The translations under genes and the position numbers were made by a program. Below are positions 9,667 to 18,625 of a DNA stretch of 64,000 nt, piece by piece (within the stretch, counting starts at the first letter, position 1; each line of letters begins with the position of its first letter). The DNA is from an uncultured Cryomorphaceae bacterium. GTDB taxonomy: Bacteria; Bacteroidota; Bacteroidia; Flavobacteriales; Schleiferiaceae. The stretch spans positions 11,588-75,587 of the forward strand of contig CAJWFD010000004.1 in NCBI GenBank assembly GCA_913031435.1, read 5' to 3'. The notes under the pieces were generated by a model. The model searched no databases and was not told the origin of the DNA. It saw only the letters and a program-made list of their open reading frames with translations.

Positions 9667-12081
9667 ATGATTGCACAACTTCAAAAAGAATTGAAAGTAT
9701 ATTTTTCTGGTATTTTAGGATACTTGATCATAGGTATCTATCTACTCATTAATGGCCTCATGCTTTGGGTATTTAATGGTCCGTTCAATTTATTGGAAGG
9801 TGGTTATGCAACTTTGAGTAATTACTTCGGCTTGGCGCCATGGGTCTTTTTGTTCTTGATACCAGCGGTTAGTATGCGCGTATTCAGCGATGAATTGAAA
9901 TCAGGGATGATGGAGTTGTTGATTGTTCGTCCTATCTCCACGCTAGAATTGGTTCTCGCTAAATTTCTAGGAACCCTCACGGTGGTCGTTTTATCTATAC
10001 TTCCCACGTTTGTTTATTTGTGGAGCATGAGTGAATTGGGGTCTCCTGTGGGCAATATTGATTGGGGAGCATCTATAGGTTCTTTTCTGGGATTATTGGC
10101 CTTAGGAGCGGCGTATACTGCCACGGCTGTTTTTGCCAGTTCCTTAACAACAAATAATGTGGTGGCCTTTGTTTTAGGCGTAGTCTTTAATGCAGGTATG
10201 TACATAGGGTTTGAGGCTTTGGCCAATTTATACCAATTCTCCGGCTGGGAATTAGTGGTACGTAACGTTGGTATCAATGAGCATTATATTTCTATGTCCC
10301 GTGGAGTTTTGGATGCGCGTGATTTGGGCTATTTCTTGGGTATAATTATGTTGTTCTTAGGATTGACCCAAGTACTCGTTGCACGAGGTCACCTGAAAAG
10401 ACCACTTCGCAGTGCTGCTATTTTTATTCTTCCCGCGCTTGCATTGCTAATAGGGAGCTCGGTGATACATTGGAGAGTTGACTTGACGGAAGAGGGACGT
10501 TATTCACTAAGTGAAGGAACAGAAGGATTATTGGATCAATTAGACGAGCCATTATTGGTTAAAATATATTTAGAAGGTGATTTCCCAGCTGGGTTTGAGC
10601 GACTAAAATTAGAATCCAGATATATGCTTGAGGAATGGTCCGCTAGAAATGGAAATGTCTTTTTTGAGTTTATCAATCCCAATCAAGTAGAAAATGCGCA
10701 GGAATTTAAAAATCAATTAGCGACTAAGGGCATAAACCCAGTACAGCTTCAGGTTTCTTCTAAGAATGGTCAAAGTGTACTCAATGTGTTCCCTGCCGCT
10801 ATCCTAAGCTATCGAGAGAAAGAAGAAGTGGCTATTCTTCTTGAAGACGTCATGGTCTTTGATCCCGCTGAACAGGTAAACGTTAGTATACAGCAGCTAG
10901 AATTCAACCTTGCGCGTTCCTTGAGTGCGCTCTTACAAGAAGAAAAACCAAAGGTAGCCATGATCACAGGTCATGGTGAATTATCAGCACTACAGACCGC
11001 AGGTATTGGAATGGCCTTAAGTGAGCACTATACGGTCGAACGATTTTCCACACAAACGTACAAGGCGCTGCCTAATGGCGAACCTGACATTGAAGACTTG
11101 ATACGACGACTGAACACCTTCGAATTAGCTATTATTGCCAAACCTACCAAGACTTTTAGTGAGCTAGATAAATATTTCTTAGACCAATACGCTATGGGTG
11201 GAGGACACCTGATGTGGTTTATTGATGGCGTTCATGCTGAGATGGATAGTTTGAGTTATGGTCCGGACTTTTTGGCGTACCCAACTTATTTCGATCTAAA
11301 TATTACTGATCTCTTGTTCAAATATGGTGTACGTGTCAATACAGATTTAATCCAAGATGTTCGCTGTGCTGGAATTAATGATCGCAGAAATGTCAATCCA
11401 TGGGTCTATTTTCCGCTCTTTGGCGCCACTAATCATCCATCTGTGGCTAATTTAAATGCCATAAAAGGTGAGTTTTCATCCTCTTTAGACACCTTAGAGT
11501 CTACTGGAATTAAAAAGACGGCACTTCTACAATCCTCTTCCAATGCAAAGAGAGTTCCTGCGCCCCATACGGTAAGCTTAGAAGCGCTATACAATCGTCC
11601 GGACCCAAGGAGCTTCAATCAGAGAGATCTTCTATCAGGTGTTTTACTAGAAGGTGTTTTCGAAAGTGCGTATGCCAATAGAATAGCTCCTAAAACGGCA
11701 GGTGCTTCTCTTCCTCAGCTCAAACAAAGTAACCCGACTTCGATGGCGGTCTTTAGCGATGGTGATTTTATTCGCAATCAGGTAAACCTGATCAATCCAG
11801 AGCTTCCAAGAGGGCAGCCTATGCCGTTAGGTTTCGATCAATACACGAATATTCAATACGGTAACGATGACTTGGTTTTGAATATTGTTGACTACATGCT
11901 TGATGATAGGGGGTTAATGGATACACGAACAAGAGATGTGAAACTACGTCTGTTAGACCAAGAAAAAATATCAAGTAATGCAAACTTCTGGAAGTTCTTA
12001 AACGTAGCATTTCCTGAGTTTCTGTTGCTATTAGCCGCTGTGCTGTTTAATTTAATACGAAGAAGAAAATATGCGCATTAA
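9667..12081 (+). CDS. gldF/gldG: Fused gliding-motility ABC transporter permease GldF (N-terminal ~240 aa) and GldG auxiliary component (C-terminal ~560 aa)
   Basis: 804 aa. The N-terminal part closely resembles GldF as I recall it (APWVFLFLIPAVSMRVFSDE, GINEHYISMSRGVLDARD). The rest resembles GldG (WRVDLTEEGRYSLSEGT..., VKIYLEGDFPAGF, C-terminal TM FLLLLAAVLFNLIRRRK). It is a single uninterrupted ORF. Confidence 0.8.
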   Translation: MIAQLQKELKVYFSGILGYLIIGIYLLINGLMLWVFNGPFNLLEGGYATLSNYFGLAPWVFLFLIPAVSMRVFSDELKSGMMELLIVRPISTLELVLAKFLGTLTVVVLSILPTFVYLWSMSELGSPVGNIDWGASIGSFLGLLALGAAYTATAVFASSLTTNNVVAFVLGVVFNAGMYIGFEALANLYQFSGWELVVRNVGINEHYISMSRGVLDARDLGYFLGIIMLFLGLTQVLVARGHLKRPLRSAAIFILPALALLIGSSVIHWRVDLTEEGRYSLSEGTEGLLDQLDEPLLVKIYLEGDFPAGFERLKLESRYMLEEWSARNGNVFFEFINPNQVENAQEFKNQLATKGINPVQLQVSSKNGQSVLNVFPAAILSYREKEEVAILLEDVMVFDPAEQVNVSIQQLEFNLARSLSALLQEEKPKVAMITGHGELSALQTAGIGMALSEHYTVERFSTQTYKALPNGEPDIEDLIRRLNTFELAIIAKPTKTFSELDKYFLDQYAMGGGHLMWFIDGVHAEMDSLSYGPDFLAYPTYFDLNITDLLFKYGVRVNTDLIQDVRCAGINDRRNVNPWVYFPLFGATNHPSVANLNAIKGEFSSSLDTLESTGIKKTALLQSSSNAKRVPAPHTVSLEALYNRPDPRSFNQRDLLSGVLLEGVFESAYANRIAPKTAGASLPQLKQSNPTSMAVFSDGDFIRNQVNLINPELPRGQPMPLGFDQYTNIQYGNDDLVLNIVDYMLDDRGLMDTRTRDVKLRLLDQEKISSNANFWKFLNVAFPEFLLLLAAVLFNLIRRRKYAH

Positions 12082-13102
12082 TAGCTCTCTCATTGTTCTT
12101 ATTACGGCTTTTTCCTTGCTGGGCTGTTCCACATCAACACAGAGCGATGGCATGGAAGAATTAAAGGCCCAGTATGATTTTGCAGTTTCAGATACGTCCG
12201 TTATTTCTAAAATCATTATCAGCGACAAAAAACCGTCTACAGTAGTTCTTCAAAGAACCTCTTCTGGCTGGATCGTTGGTGGTGACCTGCCTGTGAGAAA
12301 AGATGCTATTGAGGTTCTTCTTGAAACCATCAGTCAAGTGACTTTGAAAAATTTTGTGCGTAAAAGTGCCGTCCCACAGGTCAACCAGCGTATGGATGTC
12401 TATGGTAAATGGGTGGAGGTCTACCAAGGGGAGGTATTGCTCAAGAGTTATATTGTAGGAACAGAAACTCCCGACATGTTAGGGACGTACTATAAAATGA
12501 ATGGATCTGAGCTCCCTTTTGCGGTCTATATTCAAGGATTTAATGGTTACCTGACCACCCGATTCATTACCTCGGAGTCACTATGGAGAGACCGTACCAT
12601 TTATGGTTTAGCTCCGGATCAAATTAAGAGTGTCGAAATGAGTACAACAGCGAATGAGGGTTCTTTTTGGAGGATTAGAAGAGTAGTTGATACTGAAGTG
12701 CAATCCTCAGGAAGTGATGGTGTAAACTGGACGCTAGAAGGAGAGAATCAACAGCCACTTGGATTCAAGCGATCTCAAGACTTGTTTGCGGCTGTATCCA
12801 GTATCAGAACTTTGAAATATGAAGGTGCGATAATGGAGTCGGACAATATTTGGGTTAAAAAAGACAGTATTTTTAGTTCAAAACCGGCATTTACCTTTTG
12901 CGTAGTGAACGCGGAAGATAAGAAGCTCGTTACGAAAGGGTATTACAAAAAAGCCGACGGTATATTGATTGGTGAGGACGGCGTACCCCACCAGTGGGAT
13001 CCTGATCGCTTCTACGCCCAACTTCCGGATGGACGAATGGCATTGATTCAGCGCTATGCTTGGAGAAATGTCATGAAGACTCCGTGGGAATTTAACCAGT
13101 AA
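12071..13102 (+). CDS. Lipoprotein, probably DUF4340-type (frequent GldG/ABC-auxiliary neighbour)
   Basis: 343 aa with a lipobox (AFSLLGC). It overlaps the gldFG stop by 11 nt. The family call rests on position and size only. Confidence 0.45.
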   Translation: MRINSSLIVLITAFSLLGCSTSTQSDGMEELKAQYDFAVSDTSVISKIIISDKKPSTVVLQRTSSGWIVGGDLPVRKDAIEVLLETISQVTLKNFVRKSAVPQVNQRMDVYGKWVEVYQGEVLLKSYIVGTETPDMLGTYYKMNGSELPFAVYIQGFNGYLTTRFITSESLWRDRTIYGLAPDQIKSVEMSTTANEGSFWRIRRVVDTEVQSSGSDGVNWTLEGENQQPLGFKRSQDLFAAVSSIRTLKYEGAIMESDNIWVKKDSIFSSKPAFTFCVVNAEDKKLVTKGYYKKADGILIGEDGVPHQWDPDRFYAQLPDGRMALIQRYAWRNVMKTPWEFNQ

Positions 13103-13199
13103 AGTGCAGTTTAAGGACCATAGCATTGCACAGTTGACTTATTAACACCTGTTTAAAAGTAAATTGGTTCGAAAAAGACGGTCTAGACATGGACCCGAC

Positions 13200-13207
13200 T
13201 ATATTTG
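13200..13207 (+). promoter_or_regulatory. Candidate -7 box (TATATTTG) for dnaN
   Basis: Exact TAnnTTTG match ending 29 nt upstream of the dnaN ATG. No convincing -33 element. Confidence 0.35.
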
Positions 13208-13236
13208 TTTTAATAGAGATTTAATCCACAGCAAGC

Positions 13237-14358
13237 ATGAAATTCATTGTATCCAGCTCTAAGCTTCTTAAGCAGTTGCAACTTATTGGAGGAATCATCC
13301 AAAGTAACAACACACTGCCTATTCTAGATAATTTCTTGTTCGAGCTAAAACAGGGCGAGCTCTCTGTTAGTGCTTCTGATCTTGAAACTACGATGAGTGT
13401 AAATCTGGAGGTAGAAACTCAGGATGTAGGTTCTGCGGCTGTGCCAGCAAAAACCTTGTTAGACACCCTCAAGACCTTTCCTGAGCAGCCATTGACTTTT
13501 ACATTTGACACGTCGTCGCACACGATAGAGCTGGCATCTGATTACGGTAAATACAGCCTCGCTTTTATTGATGGTGAGGAGTTTCCTAAGTTCCCTGAAT
13601 TAGAGGAATCTTCGAAAACAGTATTGCCAGCTGAGGTTTTAGTAACCGCTATTGGCAAAACCTTATTCGCCACGGGAAACGATGAACTTCGCCCAGTGAT
13701 GAGTGGGGTGTTTTTTCAGTTTGACTCGAGCAGCCTAACCTTTGTGGCCACGGATGCACATAAACTTGTGCGTTATCGTAGAACTGATTTAGGGGCTGGA
13801 GCGACCTCAGAGTTTATAATGCCTAAAAAGCCTTTAAATATGCTTCGTGGGTCATTGAGCTATAACTCTTCTGAAGTAGAGGTGGTCTATAATACTACGA
13901 ACGCCCAATTTTCGTTTGACAATGTCGTCATGGTATGTCGATTGATTGATGGCAAGTATCCAAACTACGAAGCTGTTATACCGCAAACCAACCCCAATGT
14001 GATGCTTATTGATAGAAGTGCGTTCTCCTCTTCTGTGAAACGCGTTTCTATTTTCTCAAATAAAACAACCCATCAGATTAGACTCCGTCTTGCTGGAGCT
14101 GAAATTTCAGTAAGTGCTGAAGATCCTGATTTCAGTAACAAGGCCCATGAGCGTATTGCTTGTGATTATCAAGGAGATGATATGGAAATAGGCTTTAACA
14201 GCAGATTCTTATTAGAAATGCTCAGTAATTTAGGCTCTGATAATGTTCGTGTAGAAATGAGTGCTCCTAACCGCGCTGGGATATTGATCCCTGCGGATGG
14301 AACAGAGGATGGTGAAGATCTACTGATGCTCGTGATGCCTGTAATGTTAAATCACTAA
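13237..14358 (+). CDS. dnaN: DNA polymerase III beta sliding clamp
   Basis: 373 aa. The sequence MKFIVSSSKLLKQLQ...LPILDNFLF...ATDAHKLV...LMPVMLN is a canonical DnaN pattern. Confidence 0.95.
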   Translation: MKFIVSSSKLLKQLQLIGGIIQSNNTLPILDNFLFELKQGELSVSASDLETTMSVNLEVETQDVGSAAVPAKTLLDTLKTFPEQPLTFTFDTSSHTIELASDYGKYSLAFIDGEEFPKFPELEESSKTVLPAEVLVTAIGKTLFATGNDELRPVMSGVFFQFDSSSLTFVATDAHKLVRYRRTDLGAGATSEFIMPKKPLNMLRGSLSYNSSEVEVVYNTTNAQFSFDNVVMVCRLIDGKYPNYEAVIPQTNPNVMLIDRSAFSSSVKRVSIFSNKTTHQIRLRLAGAEISVSAEDPDFSNKAHERIACDYQGDDMEIGFNSRFLLEMLSNLGSDNVRVEMSAPNRAGILIPADGTEDGEDLLMLVMPVMLNH

Positions 14359-15218
14359 CGTTTAGGGTCTAGAGAGGTAGGAATCCTTGAATTTGTTGGA
14401 GCGATATCTAAATTCTGTATCAATGGGTAAGAATCCTCTATTTGCCATTTTCCTTTGGACCAGTACAACTTGTCGTAAGAGAAATCGGGACCATAAGCAA
14501 ACCATCTTTCCAAAAGCTCTGATTTTGATGGAGCTAAATGATCACATATAATTCCTTTGTGTTTTTTATCCCAACGCACAGCTGCGGACAATGAGCTGTT
14601 GTATCTAAACTGTACTCTATAAGGTCGTCTAGCATAGCGCTCGTCTCCGTTGGATCGTATGTTAAATATTCTTGATCCAAAATGGCATCGTTCACTTTTA
14701 CTCCCAAGTTCAATCCCATCAATGTATTTAGTATGGTAGGAAAGTCCAGGTCTAAAGGTGAGAAGGGTGTATACCTTTTGTCCCTTATCCCGTGTGGTGA
14801 GTATATCGTAGCAAATAGCACCTATCCAATCACCAGCTTTGAGCCATCTGTAAGGTGCGTCAACAGCACCAAAGTCACGGAGTAAGAGTCGTTGAGACCC
14901 TTTCCATTGTTTGTTCCAAAGAAAGCCGTGGAAATTAAAACCACCCTCTGCGGATGGTACTGCCCAAGTATACAAAGCGAACGATTGGTCATCAGGTAAC
15001 TGAACGCTCAAATTGCTCACTTGGGTCAACGTCTTGCCATAATTAGCTTCGAAACTGATAAAAGACCATAAACTATCTGCAAAAACCTCCGATAGTGAAT
15101 CTGCTGACGCCAGGTTGGATGGGAGCAAGTAGGATTGTCCTAATTCTTGGAGTCTAGATTCATCCACCTGAGCGTAAAGAGAGGAGAATGACAGTATTAA
15201 AACGAAGAGTGGGCGCAT
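14355..15218 (-). CDS. Secreted hypothetical protein
   Basis: The ORF track gives 14355..15299. I prefer the ATG at 15218 (MRPLFVLILSFSSLYAQ signal peptide) because it removes the overlap with the ferredoxin gene. I recognise no family. Confidence 0.55.
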   Translation of the reverse strand: MRPLFVLILSFSSLYAQVDESRLQELGQSYLLPSNLASADSLSEVFADSLWSFISFEANYGKTLTQVSNLSVQLPDDQSFALYTWAVPSAEGGFNFHGFLWNKQWKGSQRLLLRDFGAVDAPYRWLKAGDWIGAICYDILTTRDKGQKVYTLLTFRPGLSYHTKYIDGIELGSKSERCHFGSRIFNIRSNGDERYARRPYRVQFRYNSSLSAAVRWDKKHKGIICDHLAPSKSELLERWFAYGPDFSYDKLYWSKGKWQIEDSYPLIQNLDIAPTNSRIPTSLDPKR

Positions 15219-15222
15219 CGAA

Positions 15223-15576
15223 TTAATCTTCCGAATGCATGAATTCTTTCTTCGCCATAAGTTGAACATCTGTTTCAACGTGATCTTCATCTGGAACACA
15301 ACAATCTACAGGACAGACTTCAGCACATTGCGGTACTTCATGAAAACCGATACACTCTGTGCACTTGTCCTCCACTATATAATAAACGTCGTAATCTACA
15401 GGCTCTTGCGCCTCATCGGCATCATATTCTTTGCCACCAGGTGTGATTATTTTTCCGGAAACATCAGTTCCGTCATTAAATCGCCATTCTAATGCGCCTT
15501 CATAAATAGCATTATTAGGACACTCTGGCTCGCAGGCTCCACAATTAATGCATTCGTCGGTGATTTTAATAGCCAT
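15223..15576 (-). CDS. 4Fe-4S dicluster ferredoxin
   Basis: I trimmed the track ORF to the start [20 protein letters not shown] at 15576 (117 aa). The second cluster motif is [27 protein letters not shown] -7 box lies upstream at 15611..15618. Confidence 0.85.
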   Translation of the reverse strand: MAIKITDECINCGACEPECPNNAIYEGALEWRFNDGTDVSGKIITPGGKEYDADEAQEPVDYDVYYIVEDKCTECIGFHEVPQCAEVCPVDCCVPDEDHVETDVQLMAKKEFMHSED

Positions 15577-15591
15577 ATACCTTGGTTGCTT

Positions 15592-15599
15592 TAGCTTTG
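15592..15599 (+). promoter_or_regulatory. Candidate -7 box (TAGCTTTG) for the acyl-CoA reductase gene
   Basis: Exact TAnnTTTG match ending 25 nt upstream of the ATG at 15625. Confidence 0.35.
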
Positions 15600-15610
15600 C
15601 AACTCTAACA

Positions 15611-15618
15611 CAAAGGTA
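15611..15618 (-). promoter_or_regulatory. Candidate -7 box (TACCTTTG on minus strand) for the ferredoxin gene
   Basis: Plus-strand caaaggta is TACCTTTG on the minus strand, about 34 nt upstream of the ferredoxin ATG at 15576. Confidence 0.35.
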
Positions 15619-15624
15619 GCGACA

Positions 15625-16659
15625 ATGTTTTTTTCTGACCATAGGATTGCAGCAGTTTCACGCTTGGGCCAATTTTTAAGGGAGTTTTCTTCTGATTCCC
15701 CTATTTCAGGTGGCTTGGCAGATATTGCCGAAGAGCTAAGGGGTGCGGTGACGAAATCACATAGACACAATGGGTGGTTCATCACGGAAAATGTGATGTA
15801 CGCGCTCTCATCTTGGGGTGAAGCATTAACAGAAACGCGCTTACACCTATGGCGCAGCCGCGAGGGTGGTGCTCAAGAGGTAAATCGCCTTAGAGTTGGT
15901 GTCGTTATGGCAGGAAATATACCGCTTGTAGGTCTTCATGACTTTATTAGTATTTTTTTGAGTGGTCATTTCGCAGTTGTAAAAATGAGTTCAGACGATG
16001 AATGCCTTTTACCGGTTTTAGTTAAAGTATTGCTTCGGGAAGATCCTTTGTTTGAGGGAGATTGGATTTTTGTTGATCGATTAGATCATATAGAGGCCGT
16101 AATCGCCACGGGTAGTGATAATACGTCAAGATATTTCGAATACTACTTTGGTAAGTATCCCAACATCATAAGGAAAAACAGAACTTCAGTAGCTGTTCTT
16201 GACGGCACAGAGTCTGAGCAGGAACTCGTCGCTCTTGGGGAAGATCTGTTTCGGTATTTTGGAATGGGATGTAGAAATGTGGGACATCTATTGGTACCAG
16301 AGGGATATGATATTCAATTGGTTTTTGCGAACATCGTTGGTTGGGACGATATCGTGAACAATAATAAATACGGTAATAACTACGAATACTATCGTGCTTT
16401 GTTTCTTTTGAATCAAGATGATTTTCTAGAGAACGGTTTTCTGATAGTCAGAGACAACAAAGAGTTACATACTCCTGTGTCTATTCTCCACCACAGCACT
16501 TATCTTCTTCCTAAGGGTCAAGATCGATTGGAAGAATGGGGCGATCAAATTCAGTGTGTAGTAGGACATGGCTTCCTGCCATTTGGAACTGCACAGCTCC
16601 CTGAGCTATGGGACTACGCGGATAATGTTAATACAATGGCCTTTTTAGGCTCTTTATAA
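15625..16659 (+). CDS. LuxC-type acyl-CoA reductase family protein
   Basis: 344 aa. It resembles the conserved Flavobacteriia 'acyl-CoA reductase' proteins as I recall them (N-terminal [26 protein letters not shown]). No luxD or luxE is adjacent. Confidence 0.65.
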   Translation: MFFSDHRIAAVSRLGQFLREFSSDSPISGGLADIAEELRGAVTKSHRHNGWFITENVMYALSSWGEALTETRLHLWRSREGGAQEVNRLRVGVVMAGNIPLVGLHDFISIFLSGHFAVVKMSSDDECLLPVLVKVLLREDPLFEGDWIFVDRLDHIEAVIATGSDNTSRYFEYYFGKYPNIIRKNRTSVAVLDGTESEQELVALGEDLFRYFGMGCRNVGHLLVPEGYDIQLVFANIVGWDDIVNNNKYGNNYEYYRALFLLNQDDFLENGFLIVRDNKELHTPVSILHHSTYLLPKGQDRLEEWGDQIQCVVGHGFLPFGTAQLPELWDYADNVNTMAFLGSL

Positions 16660-16662
16660 AAG

Positions 16663-18162
16663 CTATTTTCTTTCTAGAGCGCCAATTGTGGCAGGTTGGC
16701 TGCGAAGCGTTCCTTCCATGTCAAGGATTGGAGAAATGGTCGCAGGGTTTGATTTCGCGAAAAGTGTAGAAATGGAGTCAGGCTTGAATTGCCATTGATC
16801 AGCTGGAATGAGTATGCTAGGTGAAAACCCCCAAGTCAAATTAAACAGCGTGTTATCAAACATCAAACTGTCTGACAGGTCGTAGTGACCTAGTTCGGGA
16901 TTGGGCTCTATCCTTAAGCCACAAGATTTGAAATTCACTAAGAAATTGTCATTTGGATCAATACCCATTACCACTTCGTTCTGAAGCGTTCCATTAATTA
17001 ATGAATTCGTGTACAAAGCCGAAATAGGTCTTGTATAGCGCATCCCTAAGGCATCTTCATAAAAATTCATCATGCCCACAGCAGTTCCTCCTCTGGAAGA
17101 AAATCCCCAGGTATTGTAAAACGTACAATGATCGAAACGGTAGGTTCCTCCGAGCGCATAAAATCCATAAACACCGCTTGGGCCTATAGCTAAATTCGTT
17201 GCTTTAATATTTGAAAAACCAGCATATAGACTTACCCGTGAATTATGGGTGAGTATCACATTATGCAGTTCGATATTAGGACTTGATTTCCATGAGCTGT
17301 CAATTCTCAAAGCATTATTCGCGTTTTTAATCAGCGTATTGTTAATGATGCTGTGACCTTGATCGCCACCCATGATGAAGATTCCTCCTAATAAACCTCC
17401 CCATTGCCCCGGTACCCATTCATATTCGGGCTCTAGACGATCTCCTTGAAACACAACGGGATCGGAAAGGTCACCTTGTAAATTCCGATCAATAAACAAA
17501 TTTCCATCACGATATACCCAGAGTCCACTGGCATCGTGTAGATGTACTTTTGTGCCGGGCTCAATAGTTAAGGTTCTTGCGCTATCTACAACGGCATAGC
17601 CATAGACAACGTGTGGTTTAGAAGCATCCCAGACTTCATTATCTGGTAAAATGGAGTAGGCGAGCTTTAGTGGAGGTAAAGGGCTTGGTCGCTCTATGGT
17701 AAGAACGTTTGTTGGAAAATGATAATAGGCATCCCAAACTGCGGTAATTAAATTTACGTGCTGTCTTACAGCGCCATTTTCAAAAAAAATACTGTCGGTG
17801 TAAACCAGTTCATCTTGCCCTGCAGCATCTGGACTGATCTTTATAAATAAGTAGGCACTATCCTTTGCTAGGATTTCTAGGTTATCTGATGCTTGGCCGC
17901 TAATACCGTCAATATTTAAGGAATAAAAGCTTTCTTGCCCACGCGCTAAATAGATCTTGTCGACGGTCACATTTTCATTAGATCTATTGAAAACCTTTAA
18001 GGTTCTCGTGGAGCTGCCAAGCCCGGTGAAAACCGTATCGACATAGATGGTGTCTTGAGAGAACTCTAACATGACGTTAGACCCTGTGAATTGTACAGTT
18101 TCTCTACAACTTCCCAGAAATAGGGCCAATACTAAAGGGAAAAGTAAAATATAGTGCTTCAT
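16663..18162 (-). CDS. Hypothetical lipoprotein
   Basis: 499 aa with a lipobox (LALFLGSC). It is rich in N/G/S turn-like segments, which hints at a beta-rich or beta-helix fold. No family recognised. Confidence 0.55.
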   Translation of the reverse strand: MKHYILLFPLVLALFLGSCRETVQFTGSNVMLEFSQDTIYVDTVFTGLGSSTRTLKVFNRSNENVTVDKIYLARGQESFYSLNIDGISGQASDNLEILAKDSAYLFIKISPDAAGQDELVYTDSIFFENGAVRQHVNLITAVWDAYYHFPTNVLTIERPSPLPPLKLAYSILPDNEVWDASKPHVVYGYAVVDSARTLTIEPGTKVHLHDASGLWVYRDGNLFIDRNLQGDLSDPVVFQGDRLEPEYEWVPGQWGGLLGGIFIMGGDQGHSIINNTLIKNANNALRIDSSWKSSPNIELHNVILTHNSRVSLYAGFSNIKATNLAIGPSGVYGFYALGGTYRFDHCTFYNTWGFSSRGGTAVGMMNFYEDALGMRYTRPISALYTNSLINGTLQNEVVMGIDPNDNFLVNFKSCGLRIEPNPELGHYDLSDSLMFDNTLFNLTWGFSPSILIPADQWQFKPDSISTLFAKSNPATISPILDMEGTLRSQPATIGALERK

Positions 18163-18223
18163 CTATTGCGAATCTACATTACTATTTTTGTACTAGCAAC
18201 GAGTTATATGTGAACATTTAGTT

Positions 18224-18231
18224 TATATTTG
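18224..18231 (+). promoter_or_regulatory. Candidate -7 box (TATATTTG) for rpmE
   Basis: Exact TAnnTTTG match ending 58 nt upstream of the rpmE ATG. Confidence 0.35.
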
Positions 18232-18289
18232 CCGACTAATTAAGAACCTGGGGCTTGGGCCAAAACTCAAGCTGTTAAAGTAAATTAAA

Positions 18290-18538
18290 ATGAGAAAAGG
18301 AATTCACCCTGAAAATTACCGTCCTTGTGTTTTTAAAGACATGGGATCTGGGGATCAGTTCATCACAAGGTCATGTGCTGAGGCAAAAGATACTATCGAA
18401 TTAGATGGTGTTGAATACCCACTAATCAAAATGGAAATCTCTAGCTATTCTCACCCTTTCTACACTGGTAAAGTGAAGTTGGTAGATACTGCTGGTCGAG
18501 TTGATAAATTCCGCACTCGTTACGGAAAAAAGAGTTAG
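18290..18538 (+). CDS. rpmE: 50S ribosomal protein L31 (type B, no CxxC zinc motif)
   Basis: 82 aa. The sequence MRKGIHPENY...HPFYTGK...VDKFRTRYG is the L31 signature, and no CxxC pairs are present. Confidence 0.92.
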   Translation: MRKGIHPENYRPCVFKDMGSGDQFITRSCAEAKDTIELDGVEYPLIKMEISSYSHPFYTGKVKLVDTAGRVDKFRTRYGKKS

Positions 18539-18562
18539 TAATATTTATTACTTTAAAATAGA

Positions 18563-18589
18563 AGACCCGCTTAGGCGGGTCTTTTTTTT
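18563..18589 (+). terminator. Rho-independent terminator after rpmE
   Basis: Stem agacccgc (18563..18570) pairs with gcgggtct (18575..18582) around loop ttag, followed by a T-run to 18589. Confidence 0.85.
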
Positions 18590-18625
18590 GCCCTAAATTG
18601 GATACATCAACCAAACAAAACTCAG

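Noticed and set aside
18290-18538. L31 type B (no CxxC) as a zinc-starvation (Zur-regulated) paralogue
   Set aside because: No Zur-box-like palindrome is evident upstream. Type B can be the sole L31 in this phylum. Nothing in the window supports a zinc-regulon context.
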